From: Utricularia gibba
Lineage: Eukaryota > Plantae > Magnoliophyta
Assembly: GCA_002189035.1 (NCBI GenBank)
Contig: CM007991.1
Span: 1,984,001 to 2,048,000, forward strand
Direction of reading: 5' to 3'
Length of the DNA: 64,000 nucleotides
Shown: positions 52,925-64,000 of the stretch, piece by piece
Numbering within the stretch: the first letter of the stretch is position 1
Layout of the letters: each line of letters begins with the position of its first letter
Position numbers and translations under genes: made by a program
The notes under the pieces: model-generated
What the model saw: the letters and a program-made list of their open reading frames with translations, nothing else
What the model was told of the DNA's origin: nothing
Databases searched by the model: none

Positions 52925-55900
52925 TTAAAGGGCTATGGCCACATTCCTGAAATCATTCAAGCAAGACTGCAGTAGCTTCTGGCGTTTCTGCAGGGATGCC
53001 CTTTTCTTCTGAAGCTCCTCTATAGCTCCAGGTGTGACGAACATGCTCATGAATTTCTCATCGCTCATGGCGAACAGATCCAACTCCAGGGCTGTTCTTA
53101 GCTGATCTCGGCTGCATCACGAGGAGAAAAAAGATTAGTTGATGAGAGGGGGCTGGCTGCACAATGAGACCAGCAGCCTCAACAAGTGAACTAATACCTA
53201 CCAAGGTGTCAAGAATCCAGAGCTCAGGCTTGCCGCCACCCCTCTCTCGATAAGAACTTCACGGATTCGGGCGAACTGGTGTGCAGTAGATGAACATATT
53301 TCTGCGTAAGCTGACGACCCTGTTTGCGTAAGAACGCCTTCTCCACTGTTCGCTGCAAGGCCACCACCAACTAGACTTCTGTGATGCTCAAAGCTGTTTT
53401 TGTTGTTCACTGTAATTCTCTGGCGCTTCCTTGCTCCAATTTCAGCACCATTTCCGTATTCCTTCTTGATGACATAGTTTGCATCACATGGCTGATCAGG
53501 TGATGGGGTCTCGGGAACAGTTATCTGGCATTCTCTGAAGGGTTCCCTGACACCATTTTCTTTGCTAGGTGTTACTTCATTCTTTTCAGGAGGAACATTT
53601 TCTTCATTGCCATCTGTTAACTCAAGACAAAATGATCCGGGGGCGACTTTGTTTACCCCAGGAACGAAACTGATGAATGCATCACTCTCATGGCAGACCT
53701 GAGAATAAGGGCATGTAACCGAATCAAGATGATGACGAAGTACTTGCTTGCACTGCTTCGAAATATCACTTATGAAGCAGTTGAAAGAATGCCTCAGAGC
53801 AGCGAGAAAGCCCACATATACATCCATATCTCTAGATTGCTGCCCATCTGATGATATGCAAAGAAGTAGGAAGGCGAGTCAGGATACGATACAAAAAAAA
53901 AAAAAAAACGATGGTTTCTACAAGAGGTGAGCGTCCATACATATTGGTTTATGGCGATTTCTTTCTGCGGCAATGTCGAAGAGATTGCATAGCACGAAAG
54001 CAAGTCTGTCACATGCAGTGTCGAGAAGGGGAGCAAGCCAAGACTTAGCCGTGGCACGGGCAATATCTGCAGCAGCATCTGCAATTCCTCGACTCCCCCG
54101 CGACCTCCAGGTGCAAGCAAGATAGTGGCCACCTGAACGTAAGGTGCTTCAAATGTGATAAAAAAAAGTAACAATGGGGTGTAGTTTAGCAGAAGAATAC
54201 CTTCTCTCTGGACACAACTGGGCATTCTACAGAATATGTTGCACGACGAAATTCATGCACCACTCTTCCAAATGCAGCTCCTCCATAAAGACGAAGGGTT
54301 GCGTTGGGAGGCTTTATATCTCCGGAAACACCAGGCCAACCGCCTAGACCACTCTCCAATTTCTCCTCCTGCGTAGTTTTTCCCCACTTCTCTGGTGGTG
54401 GATCGGCTGCTCCATCAAGAACTGATTCCTTCACAAATTGTAAAGGTTGGTATTTTAATACCATGGATGGAACAGAGTATTCAACTGAAGTGGTATTCAA
54501 AAGCATGTGCAAACCAGATGACTGCAGAAAGATGCAGCATAAAGCATAGCAGATCTTCTTATATGAGCAACATCAGATGTAGCCTGAATCCTGCATTCCA
54601 GTTCCTCCAATTCAGTCGTCACTTCCACACAACGCTGTTCCAGCAATGCTAAAGTAGAAGGGGCAGCCTCTTTGTATTTCTTCTGGAGTTGAGACTCTAA
54701 ATAATCGCGGAGACAACTAAAACCAACGTGGGACTTGTACTTATCTTCATCAAAACCACCTTTAACACCATCACGCAGATAGTGCAACACTTCTGCATCT
54801 ACCTGAAGAATTTGTCTGCGGAACTCTTCATTAGTCACTGTGCCTCTTTCCTTCGGAAGAGCCACAAAAAATGGATGAGCATTGTCTCCAAGATAGCCAC
54901 TTGCACTAAGATATCGGTCGACTTCGCTGCGTTCAGAGAATTCCTAGATACAATAAGGCCTTTAATGTTATCCCAGAAAATACTTTCACCAGGATGCTAT
55001 TGGGAAGATATTATAGTGTGCAGCAGCATGAAAAAAAAACGCAACTTGAAGTCAGTACCTACCTTCATACGGTTATCAAATTTGGAAACTACAATAACTG
55101 TTCGTCTGAAAGAAGGATCTATTTCACGAATCGTATCCATCCACAAAGATGAGCACCACTCAACACTGCTTTGTTGAAGAAACAGAAGGATTCTGTGAGG
55201 AGGACTAGCCAGAGACTTCACCATGGACAATATTTCATCAGGTGTACTTACAGGTTCACCCTTCTTCGCCTGTGCGAAATCAAAAGATCAAAAGAACAGA
55301 AAAGAAAAAAGAAAGATTTCATCCAAATTCCTGTTAAAGCTGCATACCTTGAGAACAAATCCTGGGGTATCAATAATGGTGAGATTTGGACAATGAGCAT
55401 ACTCTGCTCTCATGACTATGGGCTTAGAGGAAACGGCACTTCCAGTCTTCTTCAAAAGAGCTTCAGTTCGTATCTTTATGGTGTCTGCTATGCAAGTTGA
55501 AGACACAAAAGGACTCCCATATTCTTCAGATTCTTCATCCTGTTCAGGAAACACGAAACGAAAATGTAGTTTCAGTACACACTTCCGCCGATAGCCCCCG
55601 TTTTCACGTCTCATAATGGTAAAGCTGTTAAAAAGAAGTGACCTGAAAACGACATCTGGGCTCAAGAGCAGTAGCATCATGAATCATCTGCAGAATCAAC
55701 GGGCGGCGGGTACCCATTTCAACTTCTCGAACATTGAATCGGAACCCAAGAAGCGCCTCAAGAAGCGTACTTTTTCCATCAGACTGACCACCCACAGCAA
55801 CAATCTCAGGGATCGGAAGTTTCTCCCCAAATGCGACAGCGGCGGCCTGAAGGCGGTTGTAGGCCTCGAATCTCGCCTTGAATTCGGAAGCACCGGAGCT

Positions 55901-56014
55901 GTTCGCATAATCCTTGGATTGTTGGTGAGAATACCCACGCTTCCTACTCTCTCTAGATGGAGTTTTCGTAGGGGTAGCCTTTAAAGCAGCGATCGCCTCG
56001 CCGGAGTTGGACAT
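52925..56014 (-). CDS. DRP5A: dynamin-related protein 5A (cytokinesis)
   Basis: RFEAYNRLQAAAVAFGEKLPIPEIVAVGGQSDGKSTLLE, GTRRPL, NLTIIDTPGFVLK, SKFDNR, RLYGGAAF and SWLAPLLDTACDRLAFV (after adding one G at 54095-54099). Confidence 0.93.
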
Positions 56015-56319
56015 CCTCAAGTAAAGCGGTGCGGCCGCGGTGGCGACGACCGAACGTTAGCAGAAGCGTTGGAACCCACAGTATTTTTTGAATGGCAGGA
56101 TCTGGAACTCGATATTGCCGTTATTCCCCACTTCTCTCTCCAATTTTTGAAAACGAAGAGTCCTTGTAACTTTAATAAAAAAATATTTTATTACCGCAGC
56201 GCGGTAATAAATTATTAAAAAATCACAATTTCATATAATACCAAAGTTGTAGTACAAATGCACATGAGTACAGTATTGGACACCGCGACACGGCGACACT
56301 TGATCCAAGACTCACTCCT

Positions 56320-58425
56320 TCACAAGAACCGGATGATCTCAACGGAATACTTCCCTTTTCGGGTACAGTTGATTTCCCCAATCTACAGATAACGCAGGAA
56401 TACAGACCAGTGGAGCTTTTTGCAAAGAAAAAAACAGTTGGAATGTAGAAGCCACACTAGCTACCTTGAGTCTTCCTTTACCACTAACAGAGACAACATC
56501 CCCCGTTTTCAAGGCTGTATTGCTTTTTTCCACAGTTGCAAAGTTTACACGCACGTCTCCGGCGCTACATTAGCAGAAAAAGCAATGAGCTAGAAGGTAT
56601 ACACAAGGAGATGTGGTAAAGGCTCTCAGCAAATGGGAGGGAGTACATGGATAGATGATCTTTCCATGGGGAGTTTGCTGTACCTGATAAAATCTGCCAT
56701 TTTCGACCGGGAGATCTTGAAACCTGCACTCGCAACTGCATCCAGCCGAAGGGATGCTTCCACTGTCTTTGAGATCTTGGTCCTGTGAAAGACAGTGAAC
56801 ACAGTGTGAATGGCAGCAGATAATCAGGCCGAAGAGGCTGAAGTCATATCCACCTACAACCTTGGAGGTTGGTATTCAAGAGCTTGCAGTGGTATTCTTT
56901 CACAGTTCACTGAAACACTTCCTACCTTCAAAGAGGTAGCACGAACAGAATGTTATTTATGCCCATAAGCACTGAAAGGTAGCATAACACAAGGTACCTT
57001 ATCCAATGTCGACACAAGGAAATCAACAAGTTCTGGAACAACAAGTATGTGCGCCCCCTTTTCTGCCTAGACAAAGAACACAAGAGAAAACAAAGAAGAA
57101 CATGAAATCTCATTCTAACAGTTCATCTCATCGCAAGAATTTTGTGGAAGTCAGAAAAAAAACAGCCATTGGAGTGTTAATACGAATTCAAAAAATCACC
57201 AACCAGAACTATTATGTCTCCAAGTTTTTCTCTCACTATTCCAGTTCCAAGTATTGCCCCGAGGAAGTCACCATGAGAACAAGGTGAAAATTCAAAGTTC
57301 CCTGCGACACTGGTCAAAGCATAAGGATTTCAAAAATCAGAATGAGATTTCAATAAATATTATTCGATGGAAAAACACAATTCAATGAACCTCAAAGCTG
57401 AAACAATTTCTGGATCAGATGTAAACACATCTGGATGTCCAAGTGAAAGGCGGCAACGCTCAGCCTAAAGAACACATGGTGTAAGACAAGATAACCTTTC
57501 ATTTAGGAGCAGCCCTTATTTTCTAACCTCCGGATATCCTCCCTGTGCAACCACTTTCAAATCAGCCAATTTTTCCAGTGCCATCATCGACTCTTTCAAA
57601 ACAGGTGGTGTTAGAAAGTTGGTATGTAAAACTTCTTTTCTCATTGATGCCCGATTTGCCTGAGGAAATCAAATTTAGAGCTCTTAGAATCCAGATAACT
57701 GGAAAGCAAAGCATAGTTGAGTACGCAAACCTCCATAAACTGAATAAACAGCTACCATTTCAAGGATTTTTTTAATTTCTTGCTTCTCTCCCGATCCCTT
57801 AAGAAAAACATCAACTTCACCCTTCACGGCCTGAACTGATCGGCTCACACCTGAATTCTGTGTTGCATCAACCACTTTCGAACTCGTCAAGCCTTGTAAA
57901 AAATAAAATTATGATCAACCTATCAAAAAAATCTCTACAAAATTATCTCCAAAAATGGGAGTGAACAACATTAATGAATTGGAAATGGATGAGCTACATA
58001 ATCATCAACGATTCAAGAACAATCTATCAAAAAAAAAAAAAAATCTATACAAACTCGTCTCCAAAATAGGCATAAACAATATTAATGAATTGGAAATGAA
58101 AGAGCCGCATAATGACCAAAAATTTAAGCCCAGTCCACCAAGATTGCATTTCATAAGCCACCTAAAGCTACAGTACCCAAGAAAACGCTCACTTTCAACC
58201 TAAAATCACCACGTTTTCCCACATTTAACGTATACAGCCTAAACGAGGAACAGTAAAAGGAGCCGAACCAGCAGATGTGGCGGCAAGATGGGAAGCTCCA
58301 AAGGAAGTGAGCCGCATGCAGTAGAGGGGCTCCAAGAAAACCATCCCCCGCCGAAATATAGCGTTTGCCACCCACCCATTGGCCATCGCAGATATTTGCC
58401 ACGGCCCAACGAAAACTGACTGCAT
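56320..58425 (-). CDS. plastid RNA-binding S4-domain protein (YlmH-like, At1g53120-like), 10 exons; start may be 58425 or 58386
   Basis: HTNFLTPP, QGGYPE|AERCRL, SHGDFLGAILGTGIVREKLGDI, EASLRLDAVASAGFKISRSKM, GDVVSVSGKGRLK|IGEINCTRKGKYSVEIIRFL*; junctions in frame. Confidence 0.88.
57920..58128. repeat. diverged tandem duplication of about 104 bp in intron 1 of the S4 gene
   Basis: ctatcaaaa..atct.tacaaa..tctccaaaa..aacaa.attaatgaattggaaatg..gagc..cataat occurs at 57920 and again at 58024. Confidence 0.8.
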
Positions 58426-60229
58426 ATTTGCAGCCACTGAGACCCGAATCCTCAGTACCCGGGCTTCCTTTTCATATCCTTCTCTCGTGTTCCAGAATCC
58501 CCCCAGAATTAAAATAAAAATAAAAATAAAAAAATATTAACGCTTGGTCAGGAAAGCCCAATATCATTACTGAAAGCCCATTTATTTAATGGGCTCAGGC
58601 CCTAACACCCCACTTTCTTTTAATGGGCATCCCAACAGGTCCCACATCAAGGTTAATTAATTTATTTCCATTACTTCGCCGAATTTTATAATTATAAAAT
58701 ATAAGCTTTAAAGGAAGGCGGTTGTACGGACCAAGTTCCTTTTTTGTCCACATGGAGTTAATAAACAAAATTGTAAATATTTTAAAAATTAGTATTGAGA
58801 AATGGACGTAGGTGTGAAATATGATAATGTAAACTTTATTATTTAATTACAATAATCTATTTTAGTAAACAGGATTAAAAATATTTAGGATTCTCGACTT
58901 TCGTTCAAATCCCACGTAAAGTTTATTAGATAAATATAATATTTAAAATCATTAAAATTCGATTAATCATCTTTCCTCTTCTTATAATATTATTTTTTTA
59001 TATACTTACTTTTTATAATTTTATATTTTACTTCTACGAACAAAATGCCTAATGTTTTAAAATTAAGATATTCTATCCATTTCAATTCAAATTCATTATT
59101 TTTTATTTGATTCAATAGTTTTTTTTTTAAATTTAAGAAAATTAAAATTTAGAAATATTAAATTTTGACAGCTATTTTTATTTTTCATAATGTTTTACAA
59201 TAATTTAAATTCGATAATGATTTAATTTATTGAAAAATGGGTTCAATCCAAAAATATAAATATATAGAAAAATAAATGGAATGCGATTTGAAAATATGTT
59301 TTTTTAATAATAGTAATATGAAATATGATTTTTTCTTTAAAAAAAAAACCAAGAGTTTGTTTGTTTCTTCGCCATCCCAACAAAACGGGGAACAGAATGA
59401 ATCAATAAAATCACTCCTTGATTTGACGATCTTTCAGCAGAGCTTCCAACAAACAATCTTTGTTGTTGTTGTTTTTATTCACGTATCTGGGGCCATGCCC
59501 TTTTCGTGCCGCTGCAGCGTTAAAAGATAAATGCGAGTTCTCTGTATCATTGCGTTTATCTGCCTCCTCCTCGCTCGCATTTAATCCAATTCTCCGCCTT
59601 TGATCAGGTTATTGCAGGTTTTGTTTTTTTTTTCACGTTTCAGTGCGACTGCTGCATGGAGTTTGTTTTTTCAGTGTGTTTATTAGTGAGCGTTTGAGAA
59701 TATGGGCGTTGCCATGCAATCCGTCAGTCGTGTGGTTGATGATTCATCACGCTCTTTTCTAGGTTTATTTGGGTTGTTTTTGTTCTGGTGATCTGAATCC
59801 ACGTTTCTGTGAAAAAAAAAAAATCTTCTGTTCTTTTTTTTTTTTGGTTTGTTTACCAGCGTTCTGTGCCTGTGATTCATCGTGTGAATTTGACGTGGGA
59901 TTCGTTTTTTGTTTGACATGCTATTGGAAATGGCTTGAAATGATCAAGGTCTGACATTCATGTACATAACACATTTGTGAGAAATCTATATTTGTTCAGT
60001 GGGCATTCTTGTCTTGTTTGCTTATTGCTGTGGTAGATTCGTAAGCTCCTCTGTAACTTCACTTCTGATGTTGTTCATCCCGATAGCTTTAACTGTTGCA
60101 CTCTTTCACCAAATGTTTTGTGGATTCTGGCAGACGATATTGTTGGAACATCAGGGTTGGCTTTTCGGATCATCGTAACCGCTTTGTCCTGAAAAAATGT
60201 TCGATTGTTCATGATAATAAGTTTATGCA

Positions 60230-61877
60230 ATGGTGCAGCCGATGAGCATGGAGAAGAGATGGGTGTTCCCTCTAGTTATTACTTCATTGGTGTGCATTTT
60301 CCTCTTAGCAACCTCTTTCAATGTGGGGCTTTTCTCCTCATTGCACTCGATCCGTTCGTTGTTTCTGAACTTTCCTTCACGTATCATGGTCGATCAGAAT
60401 GAGCCATGCTTTGTTGAGAAAAAGAGTAATCAACCTCCACCGTCTCCTACTCGTCCCTCTACCCCGAAATTTGCATATCTTATCTCAGGGTCTAAAGGTG
60501 ACCTGGAGAAGCTTTGGAGGGTTCTGCTTTCCCTCTACCATCCATGGAACTATTATCTTCTTCATCTGGATCTTGAGTCACCTGCAGAAGAGAGATTAGA
60601 ACTTGTTGCTCGGGTCCGAAGAACTCCTCTTTTTTCAGAGGTTGGAAATGTTTTAACCAACAACAAATCAAACTTGGTCACCTACAGAGGACCTACCATG
60701 GTTTCTAATACACTTCATGCCTGTGCGATCCTTCTAAGGAGGTTTGATGACTGGGATTGGTTCATTAACCTCAGTGCTTCAGATTATCCCTTGGTGACTC
60801 AAGATGGTGGGATAAACATATTTCAGCCTCACTGTCATCGTGCTTTGTATCAATGTCATGCTATCTGATTATGGTTTCCTGCAGATCTGCTTCACACTTT
60901 CTCCGGCTTGAAACGAGAACTGAATTTCATCGAACACACCAGTCGCTTAGAATGGAAAGCGTAGGATGATCTACTTGTTACATGTTTATTCTGTCTTCTG
61001 GTAATGCTGAGTCGTATTTGCTACACTGGTGCTGTTGCAGGATTTACAGGGCGCAGCCGTTGATCATAGACCCCGGACTGTATCACACGAACAAATCAGA
61101 GCTTTTCTGGGTCAACCCAAACAGAAAATTGCCAACAGCATTCAAGCTGTTTACTGGTCAGTTGGTTAACAAAAACACCTCATTCTGTGATGATCAGGAG
61201 CAGATTTTCGATTTTTATTATTCTGATTCTGCATCTGTGCATGTTCTGAGTGAAGTTTCAGTCCATTAATATCAAAAAAGGGTGTCTGTTTCACCCTTTT
61301 GATTCCCATTGTGCTTTCAGAAACAGTGCACTTCCCTTGTTATGTCTGTGAATGACACCAATTTTCACCGGTTGCAGGTTCTGCTTGGATGATTTTATCA
61401 AGAGCATTCGTGAAGTACTGCATCTGGGGTTGGGATAATCTACCAAGAAACCTTCTTATGTACTACGCAAATTTTGTCTCCTCTCCCGAGGGTTACTTCC
61501 AGACAGTGGTATGCAATATCCCCGAGTTCGTGCCAACCGTTGTCAATCATGATATGCACTACATCTCTTGGGATGTGCCCCCAAAGCAACACCCTCGTGT
61601 CCTCTCCCTCAATGACTCCGCCAGATTCATCGAAAGTGGTGCGGCATTCGCACGCAAATTCTATAAGAACACTCCTGTCTTGGATAAGATTGACAAGGAA
61701 CTGCTGAGGAGGAAGAACTGGACCACCCCTGGTGGTTGGTGTGCTGGAGATCAGCTTCCCTGCTCAAAAGTTGGTAATCCTAGAAAACTTTTACCTGGCC
61801 CTGGTGCTCAAAGGCTTGAGAAACTTTTAAGGAAACTGGTTCACTCACCTGAGTTTGCTGCTAACCAGTGTAAGTAA
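60230..61877 (+). CDS. GlcAT14: GT14 beta-glucuronosyltransferase (GlcAT14-like, core-2/I-branching family), 4 exons
   Basis: N-terminal membrane anchor, FAYLISGSKGD, YHPWNYYLLHLD, VTYRGPTM, WDWFINLSASDYPLVTQD|DL, KLFTG|SAW and NFVSSPEGYFQTV. Confidence 0.92.
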
Positions 61878-62405
61878 ATCGCCCCTGTTCTGCTCATGGC
61901 TTGAAGTTTTGGATTTCGAAAGTCAAGCAAGTGGAAAGCCTGAGGCAAGAGTAGTGAGATGAGATCACTGCCCATCAGGAGCCAATAACTCCATACAAAA
62001 TACTGCATGTATACACTGTGCCTGTCATTCTTCAGGAGCTTCTTGATTTACACTTTCTGTAGTTTTTGTATGAACTCAAGAAAAACAGCAACACTGCAAA
62101 GTTCATGGCTAAAGGACAGAAGCAGAACACTTGTAACTTGAAAAATCATTGGTACTGTACAGAGAGGGAGCAAAATTTGACTTTTTTTCCCAATGTTCAA
62201 CCTACACTGTATATAGAGAGATACATACATAGCATTATCAACACAAGAGAATATAGCTATTTTCAGTTAGGCCGAATGTACGCTAGAACTAAGCAAAATT
62301 TGTGTTCTGTGAGGGCCATGCTGCTAACTACTAGAGATCAGCCGAGGGGCGGGAAAGCTCGGAGAAATCTTCATTTACCGTTGTGCAGGGATGCTACATT
62401 TGAGA

Positions 62406-64000
62406 CTAAGCCATCTCCAGTAGTTTCACGTTTCCCACAGAGTTCGCTGCTATCAAGGTGGATGAATTCCCACGCCAGCATACAGATGATATGAATACAC
62501 TGGAGTTATCCACTTCGTTGCTGGAGGGTGAATCTGCGAATTTAAATGACAGGGCGGGCATGGGGAAAGCCTTGTGGTACACAAAAACCTGCACTCCAGA
62601 AGTTGTTGGTCAAAGATAAAAAAAAATATAACAGTTGATTTCCTTGAAAAAAAAACTGAATCGAGTGTAAGATGAAAAGGGTGCATCATATACCTCATTT
62701 GTTTCTGAGCCGGTAGCAATATAACCATCGGATACAGATAAGCCAACAAAATTCTGAAACATAATCACAGTTTAATGTAACACTCAATACTAACCACAAA
62801 ACCAGTTTTGCTTAGAAAATAAAAGCAGAGAAAAAAAGGATGGGTGAAGGAAACAATAAAATTACACTAAGGCAACGAATAAATCTCTGAATTACAAGAG
62901 TACCTTCACATTCAAATGGCCGGTATAAGACTGCACAGGGCAGTCAAGCCTTCCAGACGAGGCCATGGACAAATCCCACAACTTTAATGTGTTATCCGTA
63001 GAAGCAGATACCAGCATTGTGGAATCAATGAACTTCACATAGCTCACAGTTTTCTTGTGGCCAACCAGAGTACATAGGGGCTGTTTTGAATTACGAAGAT
63101 CGTAATAATAGATCTTATGATCAGCTGACCCGAATGCAAGTGAACGACTAGAGTCTGTGGGGAACTGGACACAGCAAATATTGGCCCTTGTTTGAATGGT
63201 ACTTACACTTACTCCCTGCAGTAGCAACCCATTTATAGGGAAAAAAGAGTCACTAGACAAGTGATACGGTGATCTATACAACTTATAATCAGATGCTTTG
63301 GTACATTTAGGCGCAAAGCTGACTTCGACCATGTACAAAATCAAAATTACCTGATTGATATTCCAGAGCTTGACAGATCCATCATCACCCCACTAGCCAG
63401 CATCAATGGATCTGCTGTTGAAAAGTCAACAGACCAGACTCGCTTTTGATGTTCTCTCATTTCTGTAAAGGCTTGACTGCGAGTAATATCCCATACCTGA
63501 TAAAAAGAGGAGGCAAAACTCTTGATAATAAGGGCGTGGTAAGAAATCACATGTATCCAAAGCTTAGCTTACCTGCACCACACCTTCAAAGTTACTGGAA
63601 GCAATTTGATTTCTAATGTAGCCATTCCAACATATACTACTGAGCTTTGATTTACTTGTCATCTCAACAATGGGATAATGAATATCTTGATCCATACTCA
63701 AGATTGAATTATATTCAAAAATCTTAATCTTCTTGTTCACACCTGCTGTAGCAAAAAACTCTCCATCACGGTCAAAACAAAGGGAGCACACTAGACTTGA
63801 TGAGTTTAAGAGATCCCCTTGATTCAAATCTGCCTTCACTTTTACCTTACCAAAGTTAAGGTATTTGCATAGTCCTTCTAGAAATGTACTCATCCATCCA
63901 CCTTGCCTCGGTTCAGTGTGCTTCTCCTTTAATTTATGATTACCCATGGAACTTCGTTCAGCTGCTACACCAAAACCATTACCATCATTATTTGTATGAT
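62406..64000 (-). CDS. SPA3/SPA4: SPA1-related protein (SPA3/4-like), C-terminal WD40 half; 5' part is beyond the right edge
   Basis: FLEGLCKYLNF..ADLNQGDLLNSSSLVCSLCFDRDGEFFATAGVNKKIKIFE, SSICWN, EHQKRVWSVDFS, FGSADH, GYIATGSETNE|VFVYHKAFPMP and FISSVCWRG. Needs one added G at 63388-63391. Confidence 0.93.

Overview
Plant (eudicot) nuclear genomic DNA, very gene-dense: about 26 spliced protein-coding genes plus 2 defensin-like relics in 64 kb, with mostly short GT-AG introns and AT-rich spacers. An asterid/Lamiales-like compact genome is an inference only. Gene order: EDR1-like Raf kinase (partial), SIB-type VQ protein, AED3-like aspartic protease, SRR1-like, mS26-like mitochondrial protein, RPB12, an uncharacterised protein, SWEET2, RHM, plastid RPL13, APC6, RAB3GAP2-like, UBC13 (UBC35/36), UBP22, MORF8, RING-H2 E3, OB-fold protein, three defensin-like copies (1 intact, 2 decayed), GH1 beta-glucosidase, WAK-type GUB protein, MATE, RALF, DRP5A, plastid S4/YlmH protein, GlcAT14, SPA3/4 (partial). 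I found no recognisable rRNA, tRNA, CRISPR array or autonomous transposon. At least 13 apparent frameshifts in 10 genes are all repaired by adding one base, nearly always in a G/C run, so they are most likely consensus errors and not pseudogenes. The most unusual part is the 41-52 kb defence-like island: a birth-and-death array of an intronless 8-Cys defensin-like peptide with atypical Cys spacing, next to a GH1 glucosidase with no signal peptide, a C-terminal bipartite NLS-like tail and a 95-residue substrate loop, followed by a MATE transporter. The sequence alone does not establish a new biological system; the island is a testable hypothesis. Exon boundaries and family calls were made by eye from remembered motifs, not from database searches.
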